This document shows positions 16,685 through 26,046 of a DNA stretch of 29,593 nt, in pieces. Below the pieces are notes generated by a model. That model did no database searches, was not told the DNA's origin, and saw nothing but the letters and a program-made list of their open reading frames with translations. The stretch spans positions 1 through 29,593 of the forward strand of contig ACYB01000017.1 in assembly GCA_000175855.1 (NCBI GenBank), given 5' to 3'. The position numbers and the translations under genes are program-made. Position 1 is the stretch's first letter. Each line of letters starts with the position of its first letter. This DNA is from Raphidiopsis brookii D9. Lineage in GTDB: Bacteria > Cyanobacteriota > Cyanobacteriia > Cyanobacteriales > Nostocaceae.

Positions 16685-17914
16685 CTAAAATCTCCCGTTC
16701 CCCTGAATAATATGTTTCACAGTGGTCAAGGTTTCTAAACTAATGAAACCTCTCCTGTGACCTCTTTGATTTGACATTCCCAAAAACACCGCATCTCCCC
16801 TGGAAGAATTACGAGCAAATCTAGGAGAAGCATTGATATATGTGGAAGCACTATTAACACCTAAGGCAAATTGTCTACTTTCTTGGTAAGACTCTGTGGC
16901 TATGGCATCCGCGTGACTACTACTATATTGATTAATCCACGCGATCGCACTATCTAAGGTATCTACCAATTTGAAAGCGATGGTCTTATTTAAATATGGA
17001 GTTCCCCATTCCTCATCTTGCACCAATTGCAGTTGGGGAAAAACTTGTACTAGTTCTGCATCTCCCCTGAGTTGAAAACCCCTGTCTTTTAGACTGTTCC
17101 ACAGTGTAGATAGGGAGGATGGTAAGGACTGACGGTGGATTAAAACCTTTTCAATGGCATTTACCGGATCCGGTTCGCTTTCATGACTATCTAAAATCAT
17201 CCATCGTACCATTTCTAAACTCCCATTTAAAGACCAGTAAAGGTAACAATTACCCATAGCTGATTTCAATACAGGACAGGTTGCTTGTCTAACTACTTGT
17301 TGAATCAAGCTGGAACGTCCATAGGGAATAACCAAACTTAAATAGTCTTCCTGCGTCACTAAATCCCTGATAGAAGTACCATGCTCTGCCGTAATTAATT
17401 CTACACAGCCACTAGGTAGACCCGCATCTAAAATAGCCGTTTGTAGAATTTCTGCGATCGCTCTATTGGAATGACTAGCTTCCGTACTTCCCTTGAGAAT
17501 GAGGCTATTACCAGTTTTCAGGCAAAAACCGGCGGCGATGGCCCCCAATTCTGGTAAAGCCTCATAAATAAAACCAATTACACCCAAAGGCATAAGTTGG
17601 GTATAACTTTGAGAATCTTCCTGTTGATAATCAGCAGTTCTCACCCGTCTTAGGGGATCGGATAATTCCCCCAATCGCTCAAGAAGATTCACGGTTGCTT
17701 GCAAGCGACTAGGGGTAAGTTTAAGCCAGTCCAGGATTAGTTCTGGGACTGCCATTTCCCTACTTGCTTCCAAATCAAGGGTATTGGACTCCAGAATATC
17801 ATCAAAGGAGCATTTTAGTGCCCTGGCCATTGCCAAAACTGCGCGACTTCGTTCCGCACCTTTAGTTGTACCTAATTTGATGGCAGCATGATAAGCACGT
17901 TTGGCAATGTTCAT
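16685..17914 (-). CDS. Gamma-glutamyl-phosphate reductase (ProA)-like aldehyde dehydrogenase-fold protein with the catalytic Cys replaced
   Basis: It is collinear with E. coli ProA (LGVIGFIYEA.., CLKTGNSLILKG, HADAIAT, NASPRF.., LETLTT). However, the ..STCNTVETLLV motif reads DPVNAIEKVLIH (Cys to Val). Confidence 0.75.
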   Translation of the reverse strand: MNIAKRAYHAAIKLGTTKGAERSRAVLAMARALKCSFDDILESNTLDLEASREMAVPELILDWLKLTPSRLQATVNLLERLGELSDPLRRVRTADYQQEDSQSYTQLMPLGVIGFIYEALPELGAIAAGFCLKTGNSLILKGSTEASHSNRAIAEILQTAILDAGLPSGCVELITAEHGTSIRDLVTQEDYLSLVIPYGRSSLIQQVVRQATCPVLKSAMGNCYLYWSLNGSLEMVRWMILDSHESEPDPVNAIEKVLIHRQSLPSSLSTLWNSLKDRGFQLRGDAELVQVFPQLQLVQDEEWGTPYLNKTIAFKLVDTLDSAIAWINQYSSSHADAIATESYQESRQFALGVNSASTYINASPRFARNSSRGDAVFLGMSNQRGHRRGFISLETLTTVKHIIQGNGRF

Positions 17915-17964
17915 GTATTAACAATAAAATCAAGGTCTTAACCTATCACTGATATTTTTCTAAG

Positions 17965-18036
17965 AGCGGGTAACGCGATTCGAACGCGCGACATCAACCT
18001 TGGCAAGGTTGCGCTCTACCACTGAGCTATACCCGC
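17965..18036 (-). tRNA. tRNA-Gly (anticodon GCC), 72 nt, no encoded CCA
   Basis: Folded by hand: acceptor GCGGGUA/UACCCGC, D stem GCUC/GAGC, anticodon stem CAACC/GGUUG with loop UUGCCAA, T stem GCGCG/CGCGU with loop UUCGAAU, discriminator U. It is followed by CUU rather than CCA. Confidence 0.92.
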
Positions 18037-18140
18037 ATACCCAACACAACTACAATATCTCAGATTTTTGGTAGATTGTCAACCCCTATTTTTAAAAAAT
18101 TCTTAAATAATAATCAATAATCCAATAATTTTTTTGCCTC

Positions 18141-18158
18141 TGATGAATAATCCAGGTT
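18141..18158. repeat. 18-bp exact repeat tgatgaataatccaggtt (copy 2), abutting the ribH stop codon
   Basis: Identical to 116-133. Confidence 0.85.
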
Positions 18159-18661
18159 TAGGATGGGACTGATTTTGCCAGATTGGGGCGCAATTGGCGC
18201 ATCAAACTAGCCATTTCTATGGCATCCATGGCATAATTCCAACCATGATTACTTTTAATCCCTGCTCTTTCCAAGGCTTGTTGCATGGTATCTGTAGTCA
18301 AAATCCCAAAAATCACTGGCACACCAGTTTGAAAACTGGCTGCAGCAATTCCTTTAGATACTTCAGCAGATACATAGTCAAAATGAGGTGTTTGTCCCTT
18401 GATTACGGCACCTAGACATATTATTGCATCATAACGTTGAGAAAGTGCCAACTGACGCGCCACTGTGGGAATTTCAAAACTACCGGGAACCCAAACGTAA
18501 TCTACTTGATTCCCTTGGGGGTCAGGATTTATCCCATGACGCTTTAGACAGTCTTGACATCCTTCCAACAGCTTTACAGTCACGAGGTCATTGAAGCGAC
18601 CAATAACCAGAGCAAACTTTAAAGCTTCCGCTTGAGTAAATGTTCCCTCAAAAACTGCCAT
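18158..18661 (-). CDS. ribH: 6,7-dimethyl-8-ribityllumazine synthase
   Basis: 167 aa. Contains [23 protein letters not shown] and [12 protein letters not shown]. Confidence 0.93.
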   Translation of the reverse strand: MAVFEGTFTQAEALKFALVIGRFNDLVTVKLLEGCQDCLKRHGINPDPQGNQVDYVWVPGSFEIPTVARQLALSQRYDAIICLGAVIKGQTPHFDYVSAEVSKGIAAASFQTGVPVIFGILTTDTMQQALERAGIKSNHGWNYAMDAIEMASLMRQLRPNLAKSVPS

Positions 18662-18816
18662 TATTGCCTCTTTAAGTAAATATAAAGGATTAAGTTTGTT
18701 TAACTGCGACCTCTGGTAAAAAGATAGAAGAGTGGATAAGTATAAACAGTTAAGTTAATAACTATCTGCTCCTCTAATCTTGAGATTATGGGTTTTTGCC
18801 CATGGGTAATTGTTCT

Positions 18817-19005
18817 TTAAACCACAAAGAAGTTTAATACACCAACCAAAAGGACTAAAGCAATCCAAATTCCGGAACCGAGCCAAAGGAGCTTTTTGGA
18901 ATCAACCCAGTTTTGAGGGGTTGCGTAAGCAACAGGAACACCTACCACCAGGACGAAAGAGAACAAAACTAAAGATACTAAAGCAAATTGGAATACTAAG
19001 GTCAT
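18817..19005 (-). CDS. psbZ: Photosystem II reaction centre protein Z
   Basis: The 62-aa protein [45 protein letters not shown] is near-identical in pattern to known PsbZ (Ycf9). Confidence 0.93.
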   Translation of the reverse strand: MTLVFQFALVSLVLFSFVLVVGVPVAYATPQNWVDSKKLLWLGSGIWIALVLLVGVLNFFVV

Positions 19006-19127
19006 TTTACTTTTCCCAATACACCGAAATCATGACTTGTAAACGGACTGTCGCGTTATCATAGACAGAGTTACATAATTTTATCATCAAATAAATCCCT
19101 TATATTGGGAAGACAATTCCCCCCGTT

Positions 19128-21872
19128 ATGGAAATAATTCTTTGTCATACAACTGCTGATTTTGACGCTTTAGGGGCGGCAGTGGGATTAACTTGTCTTA
19201 AACCAGGTAGTAAAATAGTGTTGACTGGAGGAGCCCATCCACCTGTGAGAGACTTTCTGTCCCTATATCGAGATGAGTATGCCCTAATTGAAAAACGTTC
19301 TGTCAACTCTGAGCATATTCGTTCCTTAACCATAGTAGATACCCAACAGCGCAATCGTTTAGGTAAAGCCCAAACATGGTTGGATCTAGCCAATCTAGTA
19401 GAAATTACAGTTTACGATCATCATATTAATCAAGAGAGTGACATTATTGCCACCAGTTTATATATTAGCGAAGTAGGTGCAACAACTACCCTAATAGTAG
19501 AGGAATTAATTAAAGAGAATATACTTATTAATGCTGCTCAAGCTACAGTAATGGCTTTAGGCATTCATGTAGATACAGGTTCCCTAACCTATGGTCAGTC
19601 CACAGCGAGAGATGCAGTAGCGTTAGCATGGTTAATGGAGAGGGGAGCAAATCTAGGAGTAATTGCCACCTATAGAGATCCTGGATTATCACCGGAAATT
19701 CAAAAATTATTAGGCGAATGTTTACAAGGACTAGAATATTTATGCTGGAGGGGGTACACCATTGCTTGGATGACCTTGAGAACGGATAATTTCGTTCCTG
19801 GGCTATCAGGTTTAGCAGCGCAACTGATGCAGTTAACAGAGATTGATGCCTTACTTTTAGCTCATGAATATACATATAACGATGGCGAATTAAGATTAAC
19901 AGTAATTGGTAGAACCCAAATTCCCCGTACTAACCTAAATATATTATTTATGCCATTTGATGGCGGTGGTCACTCTCAAGCAGCATCCTTAAATGTTAAA
20001 AAAACCAGTTCAGTCATAGTTTTAGAAAACCTATTAGCTGGGCTAAAATCCCAAATTCCCCAACCACCAATGGCCAGAGATTTAATGTCTTCTCCTGTGA
20101 GGACTATCAGACCAGAAACCACAATTACCCAAGCTCAAAGAATATTATTACGTTATGGACATTCTGGGTTATCTGTGGTGAATAGCCAAGATAAATTAGT
20201 AGGTATTATTTCCCGGAGAGACCTGGATATTGCTCTACATCATGGTTTTGGTCATGCACCAGTTAAAGGGTATATGACCACGGACTTAAAAACCATTAAC
20301 CCCCATACCGAATTACCACAAATTGAGTCCTTAATGGTAACTTATGACATTGGCAGATTGCCAGTTTTAGAAAATGGTAGTTTAGTGGGTATTGTTACCA
20401 GAACGGACGTTCTCAGACAACTGCACCGACTAGAAATTAAAAATTTGCCATTACAGGAATTAGAGTTAGAATTGAATTTACAATTAGATTCAATCCAGTT
20501 AAACCTGGAATTAGAACATCGACTTGCTCCCCAACTTTGGCAATTATTAACTAGAGCATCCCAAGCAGCGCAAGCAAGAGGTTGGCATCTGTATTTAGTT
20601 GGTGGTGCGGTTAGGGACTTGCTATTAGTGAATGATGCAAGTAACCAATTAATGCTCCATGATATTGACCTAGTAGTAGATGGTTTTCATCAAAGTGCAG
20701 ATGTGGGAGCTGGAGTAGAATTAGCGAGGGAATTACAGCAAATTTATCAAAATAGCCGTTTAGAAATTCATGGAGCATTTCAAACTGCAGCCTTATTATG
20801 GCATAAAGATCCAGAATTAGATTGTTTATGGGTAGATATTGCCACAGCTAGAACAGAATTTTATCCTTATCCTGCAGCAAATCCAGAAGTAGAAGCCAGT
20901 TCCATTCGGCAAGATCTATATAGAAGAGACTTTACAATTAATGCCATGGCACTAAGATTAACATCTCCCCACAGTGGTGAATTACTAGATTTTTTTGGTG
21001 GATTAATAGATTTAAGATCCCGAAAAATTAGAGTTTTGCACCCCAATAGTTTTATTGAAGATCCCACCCGGATTTATCGAGGAGTGCGGTTTGCCATCAG
21101 GTTTGGTTTTGCCATTGAACAGCGGACTGCTGAGTACATTAATTATGCCATTAATAGTGGTGTTTATGATAGAACAGTGCAAGAAAATATCAAAACACCA
21201 GCTTTGCACACTCGATTAAAAGCTGAATTAAAACTGATTTTACAAGCGTCTTATTGGCAATCAGCTTTAAAGTTATTAGATCAGTTAGGAGCTTTGCAAT
21301 GTATTCATTATACCTGTAAGTTAAATCATGGCATCTTGCGAGAATTGGTTTTATTGGAAAAACTGTTGAAAATTCAAGAGAGATTTTGGCAACCAGCTCA
21401 ACAATTGCCACCTACTTGGTTAATCCGGTTAGAGATATTAATTAGCAGCTTAGAACCAGAGTATAGAAGTAAGGTAGCAGAAAACTTACAATTATCAGAC
21501 AGCAATGTGAATAGACTCACAAAATTGGAAGCAGCACAGGTAGAAATAAATAGAGAGTTGGTAACTTGTGAGTTAGCTAGTGCAATATTTAACCTACTAC
21601 AAAAATATGACTCCGGAACTTTGATGTTGATAGCTGTAAAAAGTTCCCGGGAGATCAGAAGAAAAATCTGGTATTATTGGAGGGATTTAGTACATGTTCA
21701 ACCTTTATTAAAGGGAGATGACTTGAAAAAAATGGGTTACAAACCAGGTCCAATTTTCAAGCAGATTTTAGACCATTTATTGTTTGCTACTCTAGATGGT
21801 AAAATTAAGACTAAAACCCAAGCAGTGGAACTGTTAACTAAAGTTATAAACTCAGACGCACCCAGTTTTTAA
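19128..21872 (+). CDS. DHH/DHHA1 phosphoesterase - tandem CBS - poly(A) polymerase/CCA-adding nucleotidyltransferase fusion protein, 914 aa
   Basis: The N-terminus has HTTADFDALGA, VYDHH and FDGGGHSQAAS (DHH/DHHA1). The middle has two CBS modules. The C-terminus has YLVGGAVRDLLL, DIDLVV and RRDFTINAMA (PolA head domain). Confidence 0.85.
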   Translation: MEIILCHTTADFDALGAAVGLTCLKPGSKIVLTGGAHPPVRDFLSLYRDEYALIEKRSVNSEHIRSLTIVDTQQRNRLGKAQTWLDLANLVEITVYDHHINQESDIIATSLYISEVGATTTLIVEELIKENILINAAQATVMALGIHVDTGSLTYGQSTARDAVALAWLMERGANLGVIATYRDPGLSPEIQKLLGECLQGLEYLCWRGYTIAWMTLRTDNFVPGLSGLAAQLMQLTEIDALLLAHEYTYNDGELRLTVIGRTQIPRTNLNILFMPFDGGGHSQAASLNVKKTSSVIVLENLLAGLKSQIPQPPMARDLMSSPVRTIRPETTITQAQRILLRYGHSGLSVVNSQDKLVGIISRRDLDIALHHGFGHAPVKGYMTTDLKTINPHTELPQIESLMVTYDIGRLPVLENGSLVGIVTRTDVLRQLHRLEIKNLPLQELELELNLQLDSIQLNLELEHRLAPQLWQLLTRASQAAQARGWHLYLVGGAVRDLLLVNDASNQLMLHDIDLVVDGFHQSADVGAGVELARELQQIYQNSRLEIHGAFQTAALLWHKDPELDCLWVDIATARTEFYPYPAANPEVEASSIRQDLYRRDFTINAMALRLTSPHSGELLDFFGGLIDLRSRKIRVLHPNSFIEDPTRIYRGVRFAIRFGFAIEQRTAEYINYAINSGVYDRTVQENIKTPALHTRLKAELKLILQASYWQSALKLLDQLGALQCIHYTCKLNHGILRELVLLEKLLKIQERFWQPAQQLPPTWLIRLEILISSLEPEYRSKVAENLQLSDSNVNRLTKLEAAQVEINRELVTCELASAIFNLLQKYDSGTLMLIAVKSSREIRRKIWYYWRDLVHVQPLLKGDDLKKMGYKPGPIFKQILDHLLFATLDGKIKTKTQAVELLTKVINSDAPSF

Positions 21873-21892
21873 AAACTACACTGACCACACAT

Positions 21893-22471
21893 ATGACAAC
21901 ACTAAGTAGCATAATTTTGGCAGGTGGCAAAAGTTCTAGAATGGGCAAAGACAAAGCTCTAATTTCCATTGGGGGAGTCCCTTTATTAGAAAAGGTCTAC
22001 CATGTAGCTAGAAGTTGTACTAACAATATCTATATAGTCACACCCTGGGTAGAAAGATATCAGGATTTGCATTTGCCAGGATGTGAATTTATTCAAGAAG
22101 ACCCAGAACATACCCAAGGTCCCCTAGTGGGTTTTGCCAGGGGAATGGAAAAAACAGTCACAGAATGGGTTTTGTTATTAGCTTGTGATTTACCAAATTT
22201 GCAAATTCCAGTTTTTCAAGATTGGGTACGGGAATTGGACAACACACAACCGCAAAATATTGCCCGGTTGGTGAAAAATGACTATGGTTGGGAACCTCTT
22301 TGCGGTTTCTATCGCACCAGTTGTTTACCCTTACTGGTGGATTTTATTAATCAAGAAGGACGTTCTTTTCAATGGTGGCTCAAACTATATCCAGTTGCTG
22401 CTCTACCCCTATCAACACCAGATATGTTGTTTAATTGCAACACCCCTGATGATTTAAGGATGGTAACTTAA
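21893..22471 (+). CDS. mobA: Molybdenum cofactor guanylyltransferase
   Basis: 192 aa with ILAGGKSSRMGKDKALI and LLLACDLP motifs. Confidence 0.8.
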   Translation: MTTLSSIILAGGKSSRMGKDKALISIGGVPLLEKVYHVARSCTNNIYIVTPWVERYQDLHLPGCEFIQEDPEHTQGPLVGFARGMEKTVTEWVLLLACDLPNLQIPVFQDWVRELDNTQPQNIARLVKNDYGWEPLCGFYRTSCLPLLVDFINQEGRSFQWWLKLYPVAALPLSTPDMLFNCNTPDDLRMVT

Positions 22472-23448
22472 AGAAGATAAACCGTGATAATTGCTATTCT
22501 TGAATGGTTAGGACTATTTTTTTTAGGTGGATTATTTCTGTTATTCAAACTACGAAAATATAAACCACCAACAGTAGTTAACAACAGTAAGTATCCAATT
22601 CCCTGTACTAAATAAAGCTTGTCTCTATAACCAAATAAGGATTTGAAAATAATTCCTGGGAATTTTTCATCAGGTAATATTGAGCTGGAGTTCCAAACCA
22701 ATGGACCCAAAATACAAGAATGGATTTTGGTAAAGTGTTCATAGTAAAAACAAAGATTTTCTGATGCACGACTAGTCATGGCTAAACTAGCAATTGCATC
22801 ATCAAAATGTCCCAGTCCAGAAACTAATAGTCCAGCAACTATTAAAACTAATAAAATTCCCATGACCTGGAAAAATCTCCCAATGTTAATTCTTACACCC
22901 AGTTTAAACAACAAAACCCCAATTCCTGCTGCTGTTGCTAAACCCCCAATTGCTCCCAGGGTGGGCAATAACCCTTGCTGAAAATTAGCAGCTACAAATA
23001 AAACTGTCTCAAAACCTTCACGAACTACAGCAATTAGAACTAAACTGAAAATACCTAAACCAGCATGACTATTTTTAGTTAAAGCTTGTCTGACCGCTCC
23101 TTCAACTTGCAATTTCAGAAATTTAGCCTGTTGGGTCATCCAAATCAGCATCCAACTGAGCATAATAATCGCTAGTATGCTAAATATTCCCTCTAAAATC
23201 GGTTCAACTGTACTGCTGTATTCGGGATTAACAGACCCCAAAAATTTAATTAGTCCGGTAAATAAAATACCGATTAAACCACTCACAATAACACCAACTA
23301 CAACACCTGCATAAACCCAAACATTTAATTGAGACTGTTTGGACTTATTTAGTAAAGCTAAAACGATACCAACCACTAAAGCAGCTTCTACACCTTCACG
23401 CAGGGTAATCACAAATGTAGGTAGAGCAAGACTAAAATTCATTGTCAA
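22468..23448 (-). CDS. FTR1-family high-affinity iron permease
   Basis: Polytopic membrane protein with two REXXE motifs (REGVEAALVVG and REGFETVLFVA). Confidence 0.85.
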   Translation of the reverse strand: MTMNFSLALPTFVITLREGVEAALVVGIVLALLNKSKQSQLNVWVYAGVVVGVIVSGLIGILFTGLIKFLGSVNPEYSSTVEPILEGIFSILAIIMLSWMLIWMTQQAKFLKLQVEGAVRQALTKNSHAGLGIFSLVLIAVVREGFETVLFVAANFQQGLLPTLGAIGGLATAAGIGVLLFKLGVRINIGRFFQVMGILLVLIVAGLLVSGLGHFDDAIASLAMTSRASENLCFYYEHFTKIHSCILGPLVWNSSSILPDEKFPGIIFKSLFGYRDKLYLVQGIGYLLLLTTVGGLYFRSLNNRNNPPKKNSPNHSRIAIITVYLL

Positions 23449-23555
23449 TTAATTTAAGTAATAGGCTATATATTAATGATACCCAACAAGTTGGGTATTT
23501 TTAATTTTCACTTCGCTATTCTAGATGGTTTTTTCTGGCTAAACTAGCTTACAGA

Positions 23556-24557
23556 TTACATCACGGTGAAAAATTTGGCGTTTTCTTCTATGGTTTTAAC
23601 CAGCGAATTAACTTGCTCGGGAGTTTTCACTATCTGATTGGGTGGAATAGCAGAAGGCCAAACTTGTAGGAGTTCAGTTAAAGCTATATCTATGGCTTTT
23701 TGCGCTTCCGGATTCACTGTTGCCATTTGTGAGGAAACACTCTGATATAGTTCATGGGAATAGATGACGAAACCACGGGAGTCTTGATACTCTATGGGGG
23801 CGGTGATTTTGTTTTTAGCGATCGCTGCTTGATATTCTGCTGTTGCTGCATCTAGTAGTCCCCTAATCACTTGTAATATGAACTTGGGTTGTAAGCGTTG
23901 TTCATTGGGTAAAGCTGTAATTGCAGTGTCTATGTCTGACATAGCCACGGTTAGATTGGTTGCCACCTTTTTATCTTGAGGACGGAATTTAACTAGTTCG
24001 GTCAATTTCACTAAGTCCTCTTTAAACTGTTTGACCTTCCGTTCGTTAAGTTGTTCTTCTATATCAACATAAATCTCTTCTACTGGATGTCCAATATGAG
24101 GTTGGGCCTGTTTTGGTTGATTTTCTTTCAACAGTTCCCCTGCTACCAAAAGATGTCCTTTCATTAATGCCAATTTTGTCATGTAGTCTATGTCTTTGGC
24201 TTCTCCGGTAAGTACCACTTCCTCTATGGTGACTAGATTTTTAATTTGCTCAAACTGTTCCTGTGTAATTACTTTTTTGCTCACCAAGTCCGCTGTTGAA
24301 CCGTAGGGACGACTAGCTTGAATTTTGTTGGATAAAGCGGGAACTCCTAATTTCCCTTCCAATTTGTCCAATTCCGATAAAATGGCATTATTGATATTAA
24401 TTTTGCCTTTACCAGTGTGAGTCATATCACTGGTTGTCTGTGTAACTGCTGGTGTAGTACTGGTTCCCCCAGGGGGTTGACTACCGCAGGAACTTAGACA
24501 CACAACTAGACAAGCTACTATGGATAAGATTAGATAACGATGTTTGATCATTTTCAT
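23556..24557 (-). CDS. Lipoprotein with an N-terminal helix-hairpin-helix-like module and a helical C-terminal domain; putative periplasmic iron-uptake accessory
   Basis: Lipobox LSSCG. ININNAILSELDKL.GVPALSNKIQASRPYGS..DL resembles a ComEA-type HhH. There is a possible HxxE metal motif (GHPVEEIY). It lies between the MCO and FTR1 genes. Confidence 0.6.
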   Translation of the reverse strand: MKMIKHRYLILSIVACLVVCLSSCGSQPPGGTSTTPAVTQTTSDMTHTGKGKININNAILSELDKLEGKLGVPALSNKIQASRPYGSTADLVSKKVITQEQFEQIKNLVTIEEVVLTGEAKDIDYMTKLALMKGHLLVAGELLKENQPKQAQPHIGHPVEEIYVDIEEQLNERKVKQFKEDLVKLTELVKFRPQDKKVATNLTVAMSDIDTAITALPNEQRLQPKFILQVIRGLLDAATAEYQAAIAKNKITAPIEYQDSRGFVIYSHELYQSVSSQMATVNPEAQKAIDIALTELLQVWPSAIPPNQIVKTPEQVNSLVKTIEENAKFFTVM

Positions 24558-24706
24558 CCCAGGTAAAAAATTTACTGATGTTCTTGACTGATACAGTTGA
24601 AAACTATTCCTACTATTGTTGATGATATTTTGAGATCAAATGATAATATTTGTCAATAGTTAGTTATGGAATAAAGGTGAAATAAGAAGTTGTAGGAGTG
24701 ATAAAC

Positions 24707-25705
24707 CTAGTTTGATTCAGGAATCACTTCCAATTGACCCATACAACCGTTTTCAGCGATCATGTCCTGGTGGGGATGGAACATATATTTACCTGGATAA
24801 CGAAACCTAAATTCTAAAATATGCCTTTCTGCAACACCCATGGTCACCACATCTGTTTTGTAAGTGGGAGTCATGGTCATCCCCAAGGGATAAACATCAA
24901 AAAAGTTAGCATGTAGATGAAAGGTGACAGCAGGATCAAATTCAATAATGTTTAAAACATAGGCTCTAATTAATTGGTTTTGATAAATCTGAATAGGGTG
25001 GTGCATGTAATAATGGGGCAATCCATTGAATGAGTAATATTCATTTTTATTGTCATCATTAATGTCATATCCGGACATTATTAAAACAATTTCATCTGCA
25101 TTAGGACGTGAGTTGGGTGGATCAATAATTAACATCCCATATAATCCTTTGGCAATGTGACGAGTAACTGGTTCAACATGACAGTGATATAAATGAACTC
25201 CATAGGGTTCAGCATCAAATTCATATATGGTTGCCTTACCATTACTAATAGGGAGTACACCATCCATCTGTGCTGGATGTATCCCGTGAAAATGCAAAGA
25301 ATGGGAATGGCCAGCTTGATTGAGAAATAACACTCGGATTCTCTCCCCTGCTTTAGCTCTGAGGGTTGGTCCGGGAATCCTACCATTTAAATCCCAAATG
25401 TTGTAGGATACCAAACTGTTCAAGTGAATTGTGGAAGTACCTGCTATCAACTCAAATTCTCGAATATTTCTGCCATTTTCTCGCTTGAGAGTTCCATAAT
25501 CAAAATTTCGCAACACCTGCATGGGTTTGGTGGCCTCTTGGGATTCTGTCATTTCCGTAGGGGGAATTTTCACAACGTTATTATGGCTATTGACCATCCG
25601 TAAAATAACTGAGCCACCCATTAATCCTCCAACAGCTAGACCCATTTGTAATAGCTTGCGCCGGTTCCAAATTACACTTTTACTCCAGTCAAGGTTTTCA
25701 GACAT
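24707..25705 (-). CDS. Tat-exported two-domain multicopper oxidase, 332 aa
   Basis: Twin-arginine signal WNRRKLLQMGLAVGG. Copper ligand motifs are HSHSLHFHG, YHCHVEPVTRHIAKGLYGM, FHLH and FHPH. Confidence 0.85.
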   Translation of the reverse strand: MSENLDWSKSVIWNRRKLLQMGLAVGGLMGGSVILRMVNSHNNVVKIPPTEMTESQEATKPMQVLRNFDYGTLKRENGRNIREFELIAGTSTIHLNSLVSYNIWDLNGRIPGPTLRAKAGERIRVLFLNQAGHSHSLHFHGIHPAQMDGVLPISNGKATIYEFDAEPYGVHLYHCHVEPVTRHIAKGLYGMLIIDPPNSRPNADEIVLIMSGYDINDDNKNEYYSFNGLPHYYMHHPIQIYQNQLIRAYVLNIIEFDPAVTFHLHANFFDVYPLGMTMTPTYKTDVVTMGVAERHILEFRFRYPGKYMFHPHQDMIAENGCMGQLEVIPESN

Positions 25706-25803
25706 TAGATAGATAGTCGGTAAATCATTACACAGCTGGAGTGATCATACCACAAATAACTAATCCTGCAACGCCGGGTTTTTACCCTTAATCTTGACTT
25801 ATT

Positions 25804-25825
25804 ATAAATATTTACAAATATTTAT
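25804..25825. promoter_or_regulatory. Perfect 10-2-10 palindrome ATAAATATTT-AC-AAATATTTAT in the divergent MCO / cbiM intergenic region (candidate metalloregulator operator)
   Basis: The inverted repeat was read directly. It lies about 100 bp upstream of the MCO start (25705) and about 220 bp upstream of cbiM (26047). Confidence 0.35.
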
Positions 25826-26046
25826 GGTTTGATGTGAAAGCTTCAGGTGGCAATTGTTTCTGTTTGAAAACATTCTAAAAATATCCTAAAATTCTGTCCA
25901 AATATCCTCCTATATGGCATTGTGAAAATAAGCAAAATATAGTTTCCTGTAAGTTTGATGTCTCTTTTGATATCTATTGAGTTTGTAATTGTATTGCCGA
26001 GTATTGCTTAAGTTAGTATCAAAAAAACAAAAATCCGGGGTTTTTT

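Noticed and set aside
25706-26046. A possible cobalamin riboswitch or NikR site upstream of cbiM.
   Set aside because: I found no B12-box-like GCCACTG core or the conserved paired elements. Only the AT-rich palindrome at 25804-25825 stands out.
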